A stretch of DNA of 64,000 bases from Fimbriimonadales bacterium (GTDB taxonomy: Bacteria; Armatimonadota; Fimbriimonadia; Fimbriimonadales; ATM1): positions 1-64,000 of the forward strand of contig JBPCLO010000052.1 in the NCBI GenBank assembly GCA_051003155.1, written 5' to 3'. The number at the start of each line of letters is the position of its first letter. The stretch's first letter is position 1. The notes under the pieces are model-generated. The model ran no database searches and was not told where the DNA came from. It worked only from the letters and a program-made list of their open reading frames with translations. Shown here piece by piece: positions 38,458 through 48,773 of the stretch. The position numbers and the translations under genes were made by a program.

Positions 38458-40190
38458 CCGAGCTCTGCAACGTCTCTTGGAAAAATCACTTCGGCGACGA
38501 CCCATTTGTAGCGCATTTCCATTATAAAAATGCCTCCGATCGCCTTTGCGAGATTGTTGACGATTTTGAGACCTAAATGGCTGTCCACCGCGAGATCGAA
38601 ATCTTCGGGCAGTTTATCGCCGGAATTAGAAACGCGAATGATCATGTTGTCTTTTTCGGACAGCACCTCGACTTGTACATTCCCTTCTTCATGCTTCGAG
38701 AATCCATGATCCACGGCGTTCTGGATCAGCTCGTTCAAAATGAGCGCCACCTGCGTGGCCTGCGTAACGCTGAGCGCGAAATTCGCTCCGCTGACGCTGA
38801 TTTGGATATTCCGGTCCGGGTGACCCAGCGACTGCTGGTGGTGCGCCGCCAAGGTTTCGGCGAGAGTTCGCATCCCCACACGATCTAGATCTTCCCTGGA
38901 AAGAAGGTCGTGAACATTCGCGATGGCGAGAATCCTCGACAGGCTATCGTTGATTACCTCCGTGACGCTTCTGTGCGGTGTCTCCGACAGTTGCAGCCGC
39001 AGGAGGCTGACGATCTGCTGAAGGCTGTTCTTGACTCGGTGATGCATTTCTTGCATGAGGGTCGTCCGGACCTGTAGCTTCGCATGCTCGATCGCCACCG
39101 CCGCCTGTTTGGCAAGCGCTTCAAGGGCCGAAAGCTCCACTCGCGAGAACTGGTGCTTGTCCTCCGTGTAGCAGGTCATCACGCCGATGGCGTTGTCGTG
39201 GATCATCAGGGGAACGCAGACCATAGACATCAAACCCTGCTCGACCGCGAGGTCTGCACCGATGTAGTCGGGCGACACCGTTACGTCCTCGGAAGTCAAT
39301 ATCTTCTTTTCCAATACTGCCTTGCCCGCAAAACTTTCCCCAACGCGAATGCTGGGCTTCCTACGGTAGGCCCAGCTTTCTGACTGCGTAGCTCGCAGCA
39401 CCAGTTCGCCCCGCGCCTCGTCGAGAAGCCGCACGGTGACCACCTTATAGTTCAGCCTCTCCGCGGTGAAGCTCACAAGGAGCTGAAGAATTTCCTCCAA
39501 ATACGGGCTGCCGGCGATGAGTTGCGACACTTCAGTAACCGCCTCGTACCGCCTCGCCTTGGTTTCGAGAGATGCCACCCGAGACTGGTGCCGAATCGCG
39601 CGGCCGACCTCCTCTGCGATGCGGGCCAAAATCCGCGCCTCATTATTCGCGTACGTGTAGGCGCGCCGAGTGCGGACATTTACGACGCCCACAAGCTCTC
39701 CGCCGGCGATTAGGGGTACGCACAGAAGGCTTTGAAAGTCTCGTTCGTCGAGACCCGGATAATCGATGTACCTCGGATCAGTCCAGGGGTCTCGGCTGAC
39801 CTCGACCGCTTTTTTATGTTCGGCCGCCCATCCGGTGAGCCCTTGTCCAACGCGCACCGAAACGCGGCCCGCCTTTTCGGGCGCGAACGTATCCGCAGCG
39901 AGGATCAGGGTCTGCTCGTCCGGATCGAGCATGAATATCTGAGCCGCGTCCGTCCTCGTCACCTTTCGGGCGATCTCGGTAATCTCGAACATCACCTGAG
40001 GCCCCGGCTCTCTGAGTTCGAAGACCCGCGCGATCTGTTCCAAGGCGTCGACGACCGCATCGTGCTCCCGCAACGCGCGCTCGGCGGCCCTTAGGTCGGC
40101 TTCCAGCTCGCCGAAGTCGCTCCTCGGCTCGCCTCCACGGTTGCGCCGCGTAGACGGCCAAATGGGTTTTCGAGGCTTACTATGGCTCAT
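38454..40190 (-). CDS. Dual-GAF sensor histidine kinase (HisKA_2)
   Basis: Two GAF domains, EMHHRVKNSLQ, NELIQNAVDH. Confidence 0.92.
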   Translation of the reverse strand: MSHSKPRKPIWPSTRRNRGGEPRSDFGELEADLRAAERALREHDAVVDALEQIARVFELREPGPQVMFEITEIARKVTRTDAAQIFMLDPDEQTLILAADTFAPEKAGRVSVRVGQGLTGWAAEHKKAVEVSRDPWTDPRYIDYPGLDERDFQSLLCVPLIAGGELVGVVNVRTRRAYTYANNEARILARIAEEVGRAIRHQSRVASLETKARRYEAVTEVSQLIAGSPYLEEILQLLVSFTAERLNYKVVTVRLLDEARGELVLRATQSESWAYRRKPSIRVGESFAGKAVLEKKILTSEDVTVSPDYIGADLAVEQGLMSMVCVPLMIHDNAIGVMTCYTEDKHQFSRVELSALEALAKQAAVAIEHAKLQVRTTLMQEMHHRVKNSLQQIVSLLRLQLSETPHRSVTEVINDSLSRILAIANVHDLLSREDLDRVGMRTLAETLAAHHQQSLGHPDRNIQISVSGANFALSVTQATQVALILNELIQNAVDHGFSKHEEGNVQVEVLSEKDNMIIRVSNSGDKLPEDFDLAVDSHLGLKIVNNLAKAIGGIFIMEMRYKWVVAEVIFPRDVAELG

Positions 40191-40271
40191 TCAACAATTA
40201 TTTTGCCTCGCCAAAAAGAAAAAGATACTTAGCCAGACAAAACTCTTTGCTCTTGGGTATAACCCAGGCGT

Positions 40272-40790
40272 ATGGCAGTTATCGCCACTTCTCAAAAGGC
40301 GTCTCTTGTCGCTATCGTGGGCAACCCGAACGTAGGCAAGAGCGTTCTCTTTAACAGGCTCACTGGCCGATACGTTACCGTTTCGAACTATCCCGGGACA
40401 ACGGTGGAAGTTTCCAAAGGAACAGCCAGCGCATATCGCAAGCGGTTCACCGTGGTCGACACGCCCGGAATGTATTCGATGTCGCCGATTACGGAGGAGG
40501 AGCGGGTTTCGCGGAAACTTCTCATGGAAGAGCGCCCCGACCTCGTCATCCACGTTGTGGATGCGAAAAACCTGCAACGGATGCTGCCCCTCACGCTCCA
40601 GCTGATCGAGGCCGGCTTTGCGGTCGTGTTGGTAATGAATATGATGGACGAGGCTGAAAAACACGGCCTGCGTATCGACGCCATTGAACTGCAAAATCGG
40701 CTCGGCATCCCCGTTGTCCCTGCGGCCTGCCTCCATGGCCGCGGAATCGATGTGCTGCGAGACGTGGTTCACGGTCAGTTAAGTGGCTAA
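40272..40790 (+). CDS. feoB: FeoB GTPase domain (split gene)
   Basis: GNPNVGKS, NYPGTTVE, DTPG, NMMDE. Confidence 0.9.
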   Translation: MAVIATSQKASLVAIVGNPNVGKSVLFNRLTGRYVTVSNYPGTTVEVSKGTASAYRKRFTVVDTPGMYSMSPITEEERVSRKLLMEERPDLVIHVVDAKNLQRMLPLTLQLIEAGFAVVLVMNMMDEAEKHGLRIDAIELQNRLGIPVVPAACLHGRGIDVLRDVVHGQLSG

Positions 40791-42399
40791 AGGCATACTC
40801 TCCTACTCCGACGAAGTCGAGTCGGCAATAAGCGAGATCCAGTCTTTGCTGAGAGCCGGGGACTATGGGCTGGCCCCTCGAAGCGTGGCGCTACTTTGCC
40901 TTCAAGGGGACCAAGAAATCCTCGATCGCGTCGGACTTCAAGAAGGAGAGGAAACGGAAGGCCGCGTGCGAGACCTTATCGCCAAGGCCCCCTTTTGCCC
41001 TACCGTTCCCCTCGCCTATCAGCTGATCCTCGCCCGCCAACACAAGGCCACCGAACTTGCTACTGCGACCATCATAGAGGCGGCGCGAAAAACGTCTTCC
41101 TGGTCGACAAGGCTCGGCATGCTCTGCAGCAATCCGTTCACTGGGTTTCCGATCCTACTCATCGTGCTTTACCTTGGTCTTTACCAGTTCGTTGGCGTTT
41201 TTGGGGCGGGGACCCTGGTTGGCCTGATCGAAGAGGACCTATTCGGCAACATTATCAACCCGTTCGTTACCAACCTGGTGAGCGCGTTCGCTGCCGAGAG
41301 CTCGCCGGTTTTCGAGCTATTGGTTGGTGAGTATGGCGTCTGGACCCTCGGTGTCACGTACGCCGTCGCCCTGATACTTCCCATCATCGCGTCCTTTTTC
41401 CTGGTATTCAGCGTCCTGGAAGACTCGGGCTACCTGCCAAGGCTTGCGCTGCTGGTGGACCGGTTGTTCAAGAAGATCGGCCTCAACGGCCGCGGGGTAA
41501 TTCCGATTGTCCTCGGATTCGGCTGTGACACGATGGCGACCGTTGTGACCCGTATTCTCGAAACAAAACGTGAACGCGTGATCGCTACGTTCCTGCTTAG
41601 CCTCGCAATTCCATGCACGGCACAGCTCGCCGTCGTCACCGGGTTGCTCGCCTCGATGAGCACTCTCACCGTTGGCTTTCTGACCATATCTCCGCTCTTG
41701 ATTGCGTGGGCGTTGATCATGACCGGGGTCTTCCTCCTGGCAGGCTTCTTCGCGGCCAAACTTACTCCAGGAAAGACCGCGCCGTTCTATCTCGAACTCC
41801 CACCAATGCGATGGCCGAGCCTGTCCAACGTCCTCGTGAAAACCATTGCGCGTATGCAGTGGTATTTCCTCGAGGTCGCGCCTCTTTTTCTAGTTGCCAG
41901 CGTCGTTATTTGGCTTGGCAGGATGCCGATGGGGTGGGTTGTCTTGATCGCATGGGTCGGTTTCGCGATCTGCAAACGCTGGAAGCACGGGAGACTTATA
42001 GCTGGGGCTGCGGGCGCCCTGGTGGGATACCTCTCGATGCTTGCGGCCGGTGGGCGTAATCTATTCGACGCTGCCCTTGTGGCTCTGCAGCCATTGGTCG
42101 ATTTGCTGACTCTCCCGAAAGAGGCCGCCGAAGTGTTCCTATTCGGTTTCTTCAGAAGGGATTACGGCGCCGCGGGCCTCGACAAGATGACCGAGAACAA
42201 CCCGGTTACGCCCGCGCAACTGCTCGTTATCGCCGTGACCATCACACTCTTCCTGCCTTGCGTAGCGCAATTCTTGGTGGTAAAGAAAGAACGCGGTTTT
42301 GGCATGGCGGTGGGGATGCTGAGTTTCACGCTCTTTTTCGCGACCTTGGTCGGCGCAGGACTTGCGCAAATCCTCCGAACTACGGGGTGGCTCTCGTGA
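40783..42399 (+). CDS. feoB: FeoB membrane domain (split gene)
   Basis: LEDSGYLPR, LGFGC, AIPC, FYLELP, LPCVA. Confidence 0.9.
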   Translation: MAKGILSYSDEVESAISEIQSLLRAGDYGLAPRSVALLCLQGDQEILDRVGLQEGEETEGRVRDLIAKAPFCPTVPLAYQLILARQHKATELATATIIEAARKTSSWSTRLGMLCSNPFTGFPILLIVLYLGLYQFVGVFGAGTLVGLIEEDLFGNIINPFVTNLVSAFAAESSPVFELLVGEYGVWTLGVTYAVALILPIIASFFLVFSVLEDSGYLPRLALLVDRLFKKIGLNGRGVIPIVLGFGCDTMATVVTRILETKRERVIATFLLSLAIPCTAQLAVVTGLLASMSTLTVGFLTISPLLIAWALIMTGVFLLAGFFAAKLTPGKTAPFYLELPPMRWPSLSNVLVKTIARMQWYFLEVAPLFLVASVVIWLGRMPMGWVVLIAWVGFAICKRWKHGRLIAGAAGALVGYLSMLAAGGRNLFDAALVALQPLVDLLTLPKEAAEVFLFGFFRRDYGAAGLDKMTENNPVTPAQLLVIAVTITLFLPCVAQFLVVKKERGFGMAVGMLSFTLFFATLVGAGLAQILRTTGWLS

Positions 42400-42587
42400 T
42401 CTGCACACATTGCTCAACCGAATTCTCGATCGACGAATCGAATGCTGCGTGCTCCAAGTGCGGCAGCTTCGGCGGGTGCAACCTCGTTATGTGCCCGAAA
42501 TGCGGCTACGAGCAGCCCAAAATTCCCAAATGGCTGGAGAAGGCGTCGGGATTCTTCGGAAAGAAGAACCGGCTCAAGGTCAAATGA
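42396..42587 (+). CDS. Small Cys-rich protein in the feo operon
   Basis: GTGA/ATGA overlaps on both sides; CTHC...CSKC...GGC...CPKCGY. Confidence 0.8.
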   Translation: MICTHCSTEFSIDESNAACSKCGSFGGCNLVMCPKCGYEQPKIPKWLEKASGFFGKKNRLKVK

Positions 42588-42799
42588 CGCTCGACAAGTT
42601 GCGTAACGGGCAAACAGCGGTCATCGAATCTATCGCACACGATAAGGACGGGCACTGGCGAAAACTCGTTTCCTTCGGGCTTCTCCCTGGAGCGGAGGTC
42701 CACATGTGCCAGCGCTGGCCGGCGTTCGTCATCCGTGTCGGCATGACCGATGTGGGCCTAGACCAAACCACCGCCCAACTCGTTACGCTTAAGGTCTAG
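42584..42799 (+). CDS. feoA: FeoA family protein
   Basis: MTLDKL, KLVSFGLLPGAEV. Confidence 0.9.
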   Translation: MTLDKLRNGQTAVIESIAHDKDGHWRKLVSFGLLPGAEVHMCQRWPAFVIRVGMTDVGLDQTTAQLVTLKV

Positions 42800-42813
42800 A
42801 TTGTCCGCAAGCC

Positions 42814-43635
42814 TCACGGTCGGACGTCCTCGCGAGACCCTGGCGGAATCGTCGCCGTTCCCCTCAGTTCGAGAAAGCCCTGCCGGACCGATAGTTCGTC
42901 GACCATCAGGGCGGATCGAAGCCCCAGGTCCCGGTTAGCATCGACGACAGGGTTTAGTGTGTCGAGAAGCCTCCGCTCGGAACCGTCGCGCACTCGCTTG
43001 TCGTTCAAGAACACGATGGCGTCCTCCAGCCAAAGCTGCGTCCCTGCTTGCGGAACCAGGCTCGCTATGACGAAGAAATCGGTCTTGAGGAGCAGGAGCT
43101 CGGCACGCCCCGTCACAAAAGCCCTGTGCTTCTTCAGTTCGACTGTTACCTCCTTGACCGCTGGATACTTGAGCCGGATGTAGTCGGCCAGGGCCGTTTC
43201 GGTGATGCGCGCTGTTGCCGTGCCCACGCCCGACCGCGTCAACTTGATCTTGCGCTTTCGCTGGGCGGACCCAAGGTCGAAGCGGCAACCCGGAATATCT
43301 GCCTCCAGGCTCTCTACCCTCAAACCTCGGATCGAGAAGTCCGTGAATCTTAGCTTCAGCGTGCCAATGGAGCCTCGCTGCGTTCCCGCTTCGAGTAAAA
43401 CGGGTATGCTGTCGACCGTAAACTTGCTGGCGGTCAGCGTCGCATAGGAGAGCCTGCCGGCGATCGCGCCCACGATCCCATCTACCTCAGCATCTACCTT
43501 CACTTGCTTGCCTTCCCCGTGCAAACGCGAAGCGAGATCTGCCGCAGCAAGCCTTTCGAAACGGCGAAGCTCGAAATCGGCAATTCCACCCCCCACAAGT
43601 AGGCCTGCGCCCAGAGCTAAGAAGCAAACGGACAA
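42814..43635 (-). CDS. DUF2993/LmeA-like protein
   Basis: N-terminal anchor, ARITETALADY, LNPVVD. Confidence 0.6.
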   Translation of the reverse strand: MSVCFLALGAGLLVGGGIADFELRRFERLAAADLASRLHGEGKQVKVDAEVDGIVGAIAGRLSYATLTASKFTVDSIPVLLEAGTQRGSIGTLKLRFTDFSIRGLRVESLEADIPGCRFDLGSAQRKRKIKLTRSGVGTATARITETALADYIRLKYPAVKEVTVELKKHRAFVTGRAELLLLKTDFFVIASLVPQAGTQLWLEDAIVFLNDKRVRDGSERRLLDTLNPVVDANRDLGLRSALMVDELSVRQGFLELRGTATIPPGSREDVRP

Positions 43636-43671
43636 CCTGGCACCCCCAGGGGATAAAATCCGTATACAAAT

Positions 43672-44661
43672 GTGCCGGTGGAGGGGATCATGGCGTCAAC
43701 AAAACTTAAGGACAAGCGGATCGTCGATGAGTACAAAAGGTTGCGCGAAACGTGCTGCTGGTTCGATTTCGGGCACCTTGCTAAATTGCGCCTCACCGGC
43801 GCCGACCGTAAAGGCTGGCTCCAAGGGCAGGTAACAAGCGACCTCAGGAACCTATTCGTTGGCGGCTTCGCCAAGTTATGCCTACTTTCACCCACCGGCC
43901 AGATTGTCGCAGATTGCGACATTTGGGCGTTGGGGGAGGAGTTCTTCATCACGTTTTCGGATGTGGCTCGTGGGGCCTCCGTGATTCGCCTTGAGCGAAT
44001 GCTCATCCTGGAAGATGTACTAATCGAGGACCTGACGGATGACTTTGGCCTCATCAGTGTTCAAGGCCCCGATACCACGGAGATTCTGGGAGACCGCATC
44101 GCCATGCCGCGCCTGAACGCAAGCCATGTCGACCTCGGCGGATCGGAAACAAGTTTGCTTAGGAGCGACCGCACCGGTTCGGGCGGATGGGACATTGTCT
44201 TCCCGCTCGACAAGAAGGAGAGCGTAGCCTCCCTGCTCGAAGGCATACACGAAGCCGGTGAGGAAACCTGGGACGTCGCTCGCATCGAAAGCGGCATTCC
44301 GATTTATGGCAAAGACATGAACGAACGCACCCTCGCGATGGAGATGGGCTCGAGGTTTATCGATTCTCGAATCAGCTTCGAAAAAGGCTGTTATACGGGC
44401 CAGGAAATCGTTGAGCGCATCCGGTCCCGAGGCCATGCGAATCGGCGCTGGGTTGGGATAGTTGCCGAATCGCCAGTCGCAACGGCGGACGTAGTCGGCC
44501 AGGTCGGGCTCATAACAAGCGCAGGCGTGTCGCCCGAGTTTGGCCCCGTGGCTGCGGCTATGATCAAGGCCGAGGCCGCAACGCCAGGCGGCCAAATCAT
44601 CATTAGCGCAGCCCAAGGCGAAGTGCACGGCGAAATTGTGGAAATGCCGATTCGGCACTAA
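43672..44661 (+). CDS. YgfZ/GcvT-like folate-binding protein
   Basis: GADRKGWLQGQVT, EKGCYTGQEIV. Confidence 0.9.
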   Translation: MPVEGIMASTKLKDKRIVDEYKRLRETCCWFDFGHLAKLRLTGADRKGWLQGQVTSDLRNLFVGGFAKLCLLSPTGQIVADCDIWALGEEFFITFSDVARGASVIRLERMLILEDVLIEDLTDDFGLISVQGPDTTEILGDRIAMPRLNASHVDLGGSETSLLRSDRTGSGGWDIVFPLDKKESVASLLEGIHEAGEETWDVARIESGIPIYGKDMNERTLAMEMGSRFIDSRISFEKGCYTGQEIVERIRSRGHANRRWVGIVAESPVATADVVGQVGLITSAGVSPEFGPVAAAMIKAEAATPGGQIIISAAQGEVHGEIVEMPIRH

Positions 44662-44667
44662 GGCAAA

Positions 44668-44855
44668 GAAGAGGCCCCCATCCCGGTCCTTGCCTGTCAC
44701 CTCCCGGTGCCGAAGCGACGGGTTCGCAGAAAAGAAAGGATTCAACTTGGATTGAACAGCTCGCGCGGCTTGGTTCGACCGTTTGCACGAAGAACCGCGG
44801 CCCACACGTTTCCACTCCACTATGAGAGCGCCCCCCGGTCAACAGAAACCTCTTC
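44668..44855 (-). ncRNA. Structured 188-nt ncRNA, 6S RNA-like candidate
   Basis: 5' GAAGAGGUUUCUGUU pairs with 3' GAUGGGGGCCUCUUC through several G-U pairs (minus strand only); internal hairpins incl. cUUCGg; AT-rich -10-like sequence upstream. Confidence 0.55.
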
Positions 44856-44985
44856 ACTAAATAATATGCGCGCGAGGCCGAAAAAGCCTCTCCGTCCGAC
44901 CGGTGTAAAGGCGGGTTTTGGACGAAATCACATATCTTTCACAGGCTCTGCAGCCAAATGCACCCGATGTCCCATAATTAAGGAA

Positions 44986-45942
44986 GTGAAGCAGATTCAA
45001 GACGTCATCATTGTCGGCTCTGGTCCGGCCGGATACACCGCCGCCCTCTACGCGGCTCGCGCCAACCTCGGCCCGACTCTTTTCACCGGCGCAATTGCCG
45101 GTGGCCAGTTGATGATCACGACGGATGTCGAGAACTATCCCGGCTTCCCTGACGGCATCATGGGCCCCGAGCTCATGCACCTCTTCCGAGCTCAGGCAGA
45201 ACGATTCGGAACAATAGTGATCGAGCAGCATGTGACCAAGGTCGACTTCTCGGGCGAAACTCATAAGGTCTGGGTGGGAGAGCAAGAGTATTCGGCCCGA
45301 ACCGTGATCATCGCTACCGGCGCTGAAGCCAAATGGATCGGCCTGCCAAGCGAAGTCACTTTCAGCGGCTACGGCGTCAGCGCCTGCGCAACCTGCGACG
45401 GCTTTTTCTTCCGCGGCAAGGAGGTCATCGTGGTCGGCGGAGGGGATACCGCCATGGAGGAAGCAAACTTCCTCACACGACACGCCTCGAAGGTCTACGT
45501 GGTCCACCGCCGGAGCGACCTCCGCGCCAGCAAGATCATGCAGAAGCGCGCCTTCGACAACCCGAAGATCGAGTTCATTTGGAACGCCACGGTGGAAGAA
45601 ATCCTCGGCGAGACCGATCCGCTCAAGAAGGTGACTGGAGCCCGGCTAAAAAGCACGCTGGGGGAAAAGACCTGGGAGATGCCGATCGACGGCGTATTCG
45701 TCGCGATTGGCCACACGCCGAACAGCGACCTCTTCACCGGCATGCTCGAGATGGATGAGCTTGGCTACTTGATCGTCGAGCCGTTCAGCTCCCGCACCAA
45801 GATACCAGGCGTTTTTGCATGTGGCGATGCCGCGGACCATGTGTACCGCCAGGCCGTCACGGCCGCCGGCACCGGATGCATGGCCGCGATCGAGGCCGAA
45901 AGGTATCTGGAAGCTCAACAGCACGTCGCCCATGCTGTGTAG
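44986..45942 (+). CDS. trxB: Thioredoxin reductase
   Basis: GSGPAG, CATCDG, GGGDTAMEE, YRQAVTAAG. Confidence 0.97.
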   Translation: MKQIQDVIIVGSGPAGYTAALYAARANLGPTLFTGAIAGGQLMITTDVENYPGFPDGIMGPELMHLFRAQAERFGTIVIEQHVTKVDFSGETHKVWVGEQEYSARTVIIATGAEAKWIGLPSEVTFSGYGVSACATCDGFFFRGKEVIVVGGGDTAMEEANFLTRHASKVYVVHRRSDLRASKIMQKRAFDNPKIEFIWNATVEEILGETDPLKKVTGARLKSTLGEKTWEMPIDGVFVAIGHTPNSDLFTGMLEMDELGYLIVEPFSSRTKIPGVFACGDAADHVYRQAVTAAGTGCMAAIEAERYLEAQQHVAHAV

Positions 45943-46957
45943 CCTTATTGCAGGGTGCGTTTGGGCGCAAGGGCCGGCGGAAATAGCCCTAAGCGACCGG
46001 CTTTCCCTGCATACCAGCCTCGCCGCGGGTGCCCCAGCCTTCTGCCCAAAGTACGGTTGGGAGTATCCGTACACTGCGAAAGGCTACGTCAAACGGCCAG
46101 GGCGGGATAACGATAAGCATCTTGCCTTCCGATTGCATGCACAAAGCCGCAAGTACGCTCGCCTCATGGAATCGGCAGGCCGAATGCTCCTCCGACTCTG
46201 GGACTTTACCAACTCGAAAATCGGCATCGACCACCCGGCCCAATACGGCGGGATCGTCGACGTCTATCTCGCCGAAGGCGGGAGGCCGGGCGGAGAGCAG
46301 GGGTTCTTCGTAAGCAAATCATCCCGCGATAACTACCACCGATACAATGCGATCTACATCTACCACCTACAGGACTTCACAAATCCCGCCGAAATGGCCC
46401 GCGAAATCGCTCATGAATACGGGCACGCAGTGCTACCTCCCGTGGGCGGATTCCAAAATCCGGAAGATTGGGGCAACGGCTACCTCGGCGAAAAGCTTTT
46501 TCTAAAGTGGATGGCCGCGGACAAGGCGCTGGCAAAGGAAGACGCGATGGGTGCGACTAGGGCCGAGCTCGACGCCTGGGTGCGAAGGAACGTTACCCCT
46601 CTGGAACGGAGTATCTGGCGCTTGGGACCGCAAACGAGACTCCTCGCTGGAAAGGGCCAGCGCGCCTTGGACGAATATGTCGGGCTATTTCTCTATGTCG
46701 CGCAAGCCTTCCCGAACCAACTCGGCCGCTGCATGCTCTTGGCAGGTGGACAAGATGCGACGAGTGCTCTAAATGGCGTCATGGAGGGAATCAATGAACG
46801 CTCGGACTGGGTCATCGGTGTTCCTGCCAATGCCCATGGTGACGTCTGGCTACCCATAAGGGGCAAGGTCGATATCCAAGGGGCCAAAAGGACAACTTGG
46901 AAAGGTGAAGGCATGAAGGTGACGCCTTATCGCAGCCGCATCGAAATCAGGCGCTAA
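45932..46957 (+). CDS. Exported hypothetical protein with a zincin-like HExxH
   Basis: Signal-like N-terminus, AHEYGH. Confidence 0.65.
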   Translation: MLCSLIAGCVWAQGPAEIALSDRLSLHTSLAAGAPAFCPKYGWEYPYTAKGYVKRPGRDNDKHLAFRLHAQSRKYARLMESAGRMLLRLWDFTNSKIGIDHPAQYGGIVDVYLAEGGRPGGEQGFFVSKSSRDNYHRYNAIYIYHLQDFTNPAEMAREIAHEYGHAVLPPVGGFQNPEDWGNGYLGEKLFLKWMAADKALAKEDAMGATRAELDAWVRRNVTPLERSIWRLGPQTRLLAGKGQRALDEYVGLFLYVAQAFPNQLGRCMLLAGGQDATSALNGVMEGINERSDWVIGVPANAHGDVWLPIRGKVDIQGAKRTTWKGEGMKVTPYRSRIEIRR

Positions 46958-47343
46958 CGAGGCGTGAAGCTCGTTCCGCAGCCGCAGCTTCGCTGGGCGT
47001 TCGGATTCTCGAACTTGTATCCGCCGCCCAAAAGGTCTCCCGTGAAGTCCAACGTGGTCCCCCACAAATAGGTTGCCGATTTGGCATCGACGATTACGGT
47101 CAGCCCGTCGAATTCCTTCTCCATGTCGAGCGGAGTCCGCTTCGTATCGAGCCGCAAAACGTACTCGAGTCCTGAGCAGCCGCCGCCCTTCACGCCGATG
47201 CGCAGAAAGTGATCCAGCTTCCCTTCTTTCTCGCGGACGCGAAGCGTTTGCGTCACCGCCCGGTCGGTCAGGCTAATCGGGAAATCATGTTCGTTTGTAT
47301 AAAGTTGTGCGTTTACCACGTTCGATTGTTCCAACGACCACAA
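46954..47343 (-). CDS. iscA: HesB/IscA Fe-S assembly protein
   Basis: GGGCSG, NPNA...CGCGTSF. Confidence 0.93.
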   Translation of the reverse strand: MWSLEQSNVVNAQLYTNEHDFPISLTDRAVTQTLRVREKEGKLDHFLRIGVKGGGCSGLEYVLRLDTKRTPLDMEKEFDGLTVIVDAKSATYLWGTTLDFTGDLLGGGYKFENPNAQRSCGCGTSFTPR

Positions 47344-47410
47344 GGAGTCTACCAGTTCCGTTGAACCCGGAGGCGCGGCTTTTGGCTACGCCGAGAACGT
47401 CTCTACTCCG

Positions 47411-48724
47411 ATGATTCAAGAGAGGACGGGGATGAAGCTGCACACCAAGGTCTTGATCGGCCTCGTCATAGGGCTCGTACTCGGCCTGATAGCACAAGCC
47501 TGGCTTGGCTCCGACAGCGAAGTTCTCAAGAACGTCGTCCAGAACTACTCCTATCCACTCGGCCAGGTCTTCCTGCGGATGATCTTTATGGTCGTCGTTC
47601 CGCTCCTCTTCGCGGCGCTCGTCCTCGGCGTTTCCGAAATCGGCGACGCGCAGCGTGTGGGACGAATCGGCATCCGAGCGCTCATCCTCACCATCATTCT
47701 CTCGTCGATCGCCGTGGTCCTCGGCATCCTTCTCGTGAACACATTCAAGCCCGGTGAAGGTATCGACCCCGAGCGGCGCGCGTCTTTGGTCGCAACGTAC
47801 TCCGATGCCGCGGGAGCGCAAAGGACCATCGAACAGTCGAAGGAGGCCAAAAGCGTCGCCGAGAGCATTCTCGAAATCATCCCGAAGAATCCTGTCGTCG
47901 AAGCGAATCGCGCCCTCGAGGGCGGCCTGCTTCCGCTTATGTTCTTCGCGCTCGTCTTCGGCCTCGGTATGGTCGCCGCCGGCCCCGCCAAAGTCGCCGG
48001 CGTGAAGACCTTTATGGAGGGCCTCTTCGAGGTTTGCCTCAAGATCATCGATTTTGCGATGAAGCTTGCTCCCATCGGTGTGGCAGCGCTGGTTTTCGGG
48101 GCCGTGGCGCTGCTCGGGGTCGACGCGATTTCCGCGCTCGCAAAATATGTGGTCCTGGTTCTTTTCGGGCTTGCCCTCCACCAGTTCATCGTCTACAGCC
48201 TTGCCATCAAGCTCATTGCGAGACGCAGCCCACTCGAGTTCTTCTCACAGATCAAGGGCGTGATGGCCACGGCGTTCGCCACCAGCTCCAGCAACGCGAC
48301 GCTTCCCACTGCTCTGAAATCGGCGACCGACGACGTGAAGCTCCCGCGCGACATCAGCTCGTTCGTGCTCACCGTCGGCGCGACGGCTAATCAAAACGGC
48401 ACAGCGCTCTTCGAAGGCATAACCGTCCTGTTTCTCGCGCAGTTCTTCGACATCCCGCTGACGACGGCCCAGCAGTTTGGAATCATGGCCCTCTCCGTTG
48501 TGGCGGGGATCGGAACAGCGGGCGTCCCCGGCGGCTCGTGGCCGATGATCGCGATCATCCTCGTCCGCTTCGGCATCCCGGCGGAGGCCATCGGTATCGT
48601 CATCGGCATCGACCGCATCCTCGACATGAGCCGCACAGTCCTCAACGTCACCGGCGACATGACGATCGCCACATGCGTCTCCGAAATGGAGCGGAGGTCC
48701 GAGCTGAAGGCAATGCCGACTTAG
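47411..48724 (+). CDS. Dicarboxylate/amino acid:cation symporter (GltP/DAACS)
   Basis: AFATSSSNATLP, GATANQNGTA, GTAGVPG, DRILDMSRT. Confidence 0.95.
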   Translation: MIQERTGMKLHTKVLIGLVIGLVLGLIAQAWLGSDSEVLKNVVQNYSYPLGQVFLRMIFMVVVPLLFAALVLGVSEIGDAQRVGRIGIRALILTIILSSIAVVLGILLVNTFKPGEGIDPERRASLVATYSDAAGAQRTIEQSKEAKSVAESILEIIPKNPVVEANRALEGGLLPLMFFALVFGLGMVAAGPAKVAGVKTFMEGLFEVCLKIIDFAMKLAPIGVAALVFGAVALLGVDAISALAKYVVLVLFGLALHQFIVYSLAIKLIARRSPLEFFSQIKGVMATAFATSSSNATLPTALKSATDDVKLPRDISSFVLTVGATANQNGTALFEGITVLFLAQFFDIPLTTAQQFGIMALSVVAGIGTAGVPGGSWPMIAIILVRFGIPAEAIGIVIGIDRILDMSRTVLNVTGDMTIATCVSEMERRSELKAMPT

Positions 48725-48773
48725 CGTTCAGCCTAGCCGCCGGTACCTAAAGCCCACAATCGGAGCTCGCCCG

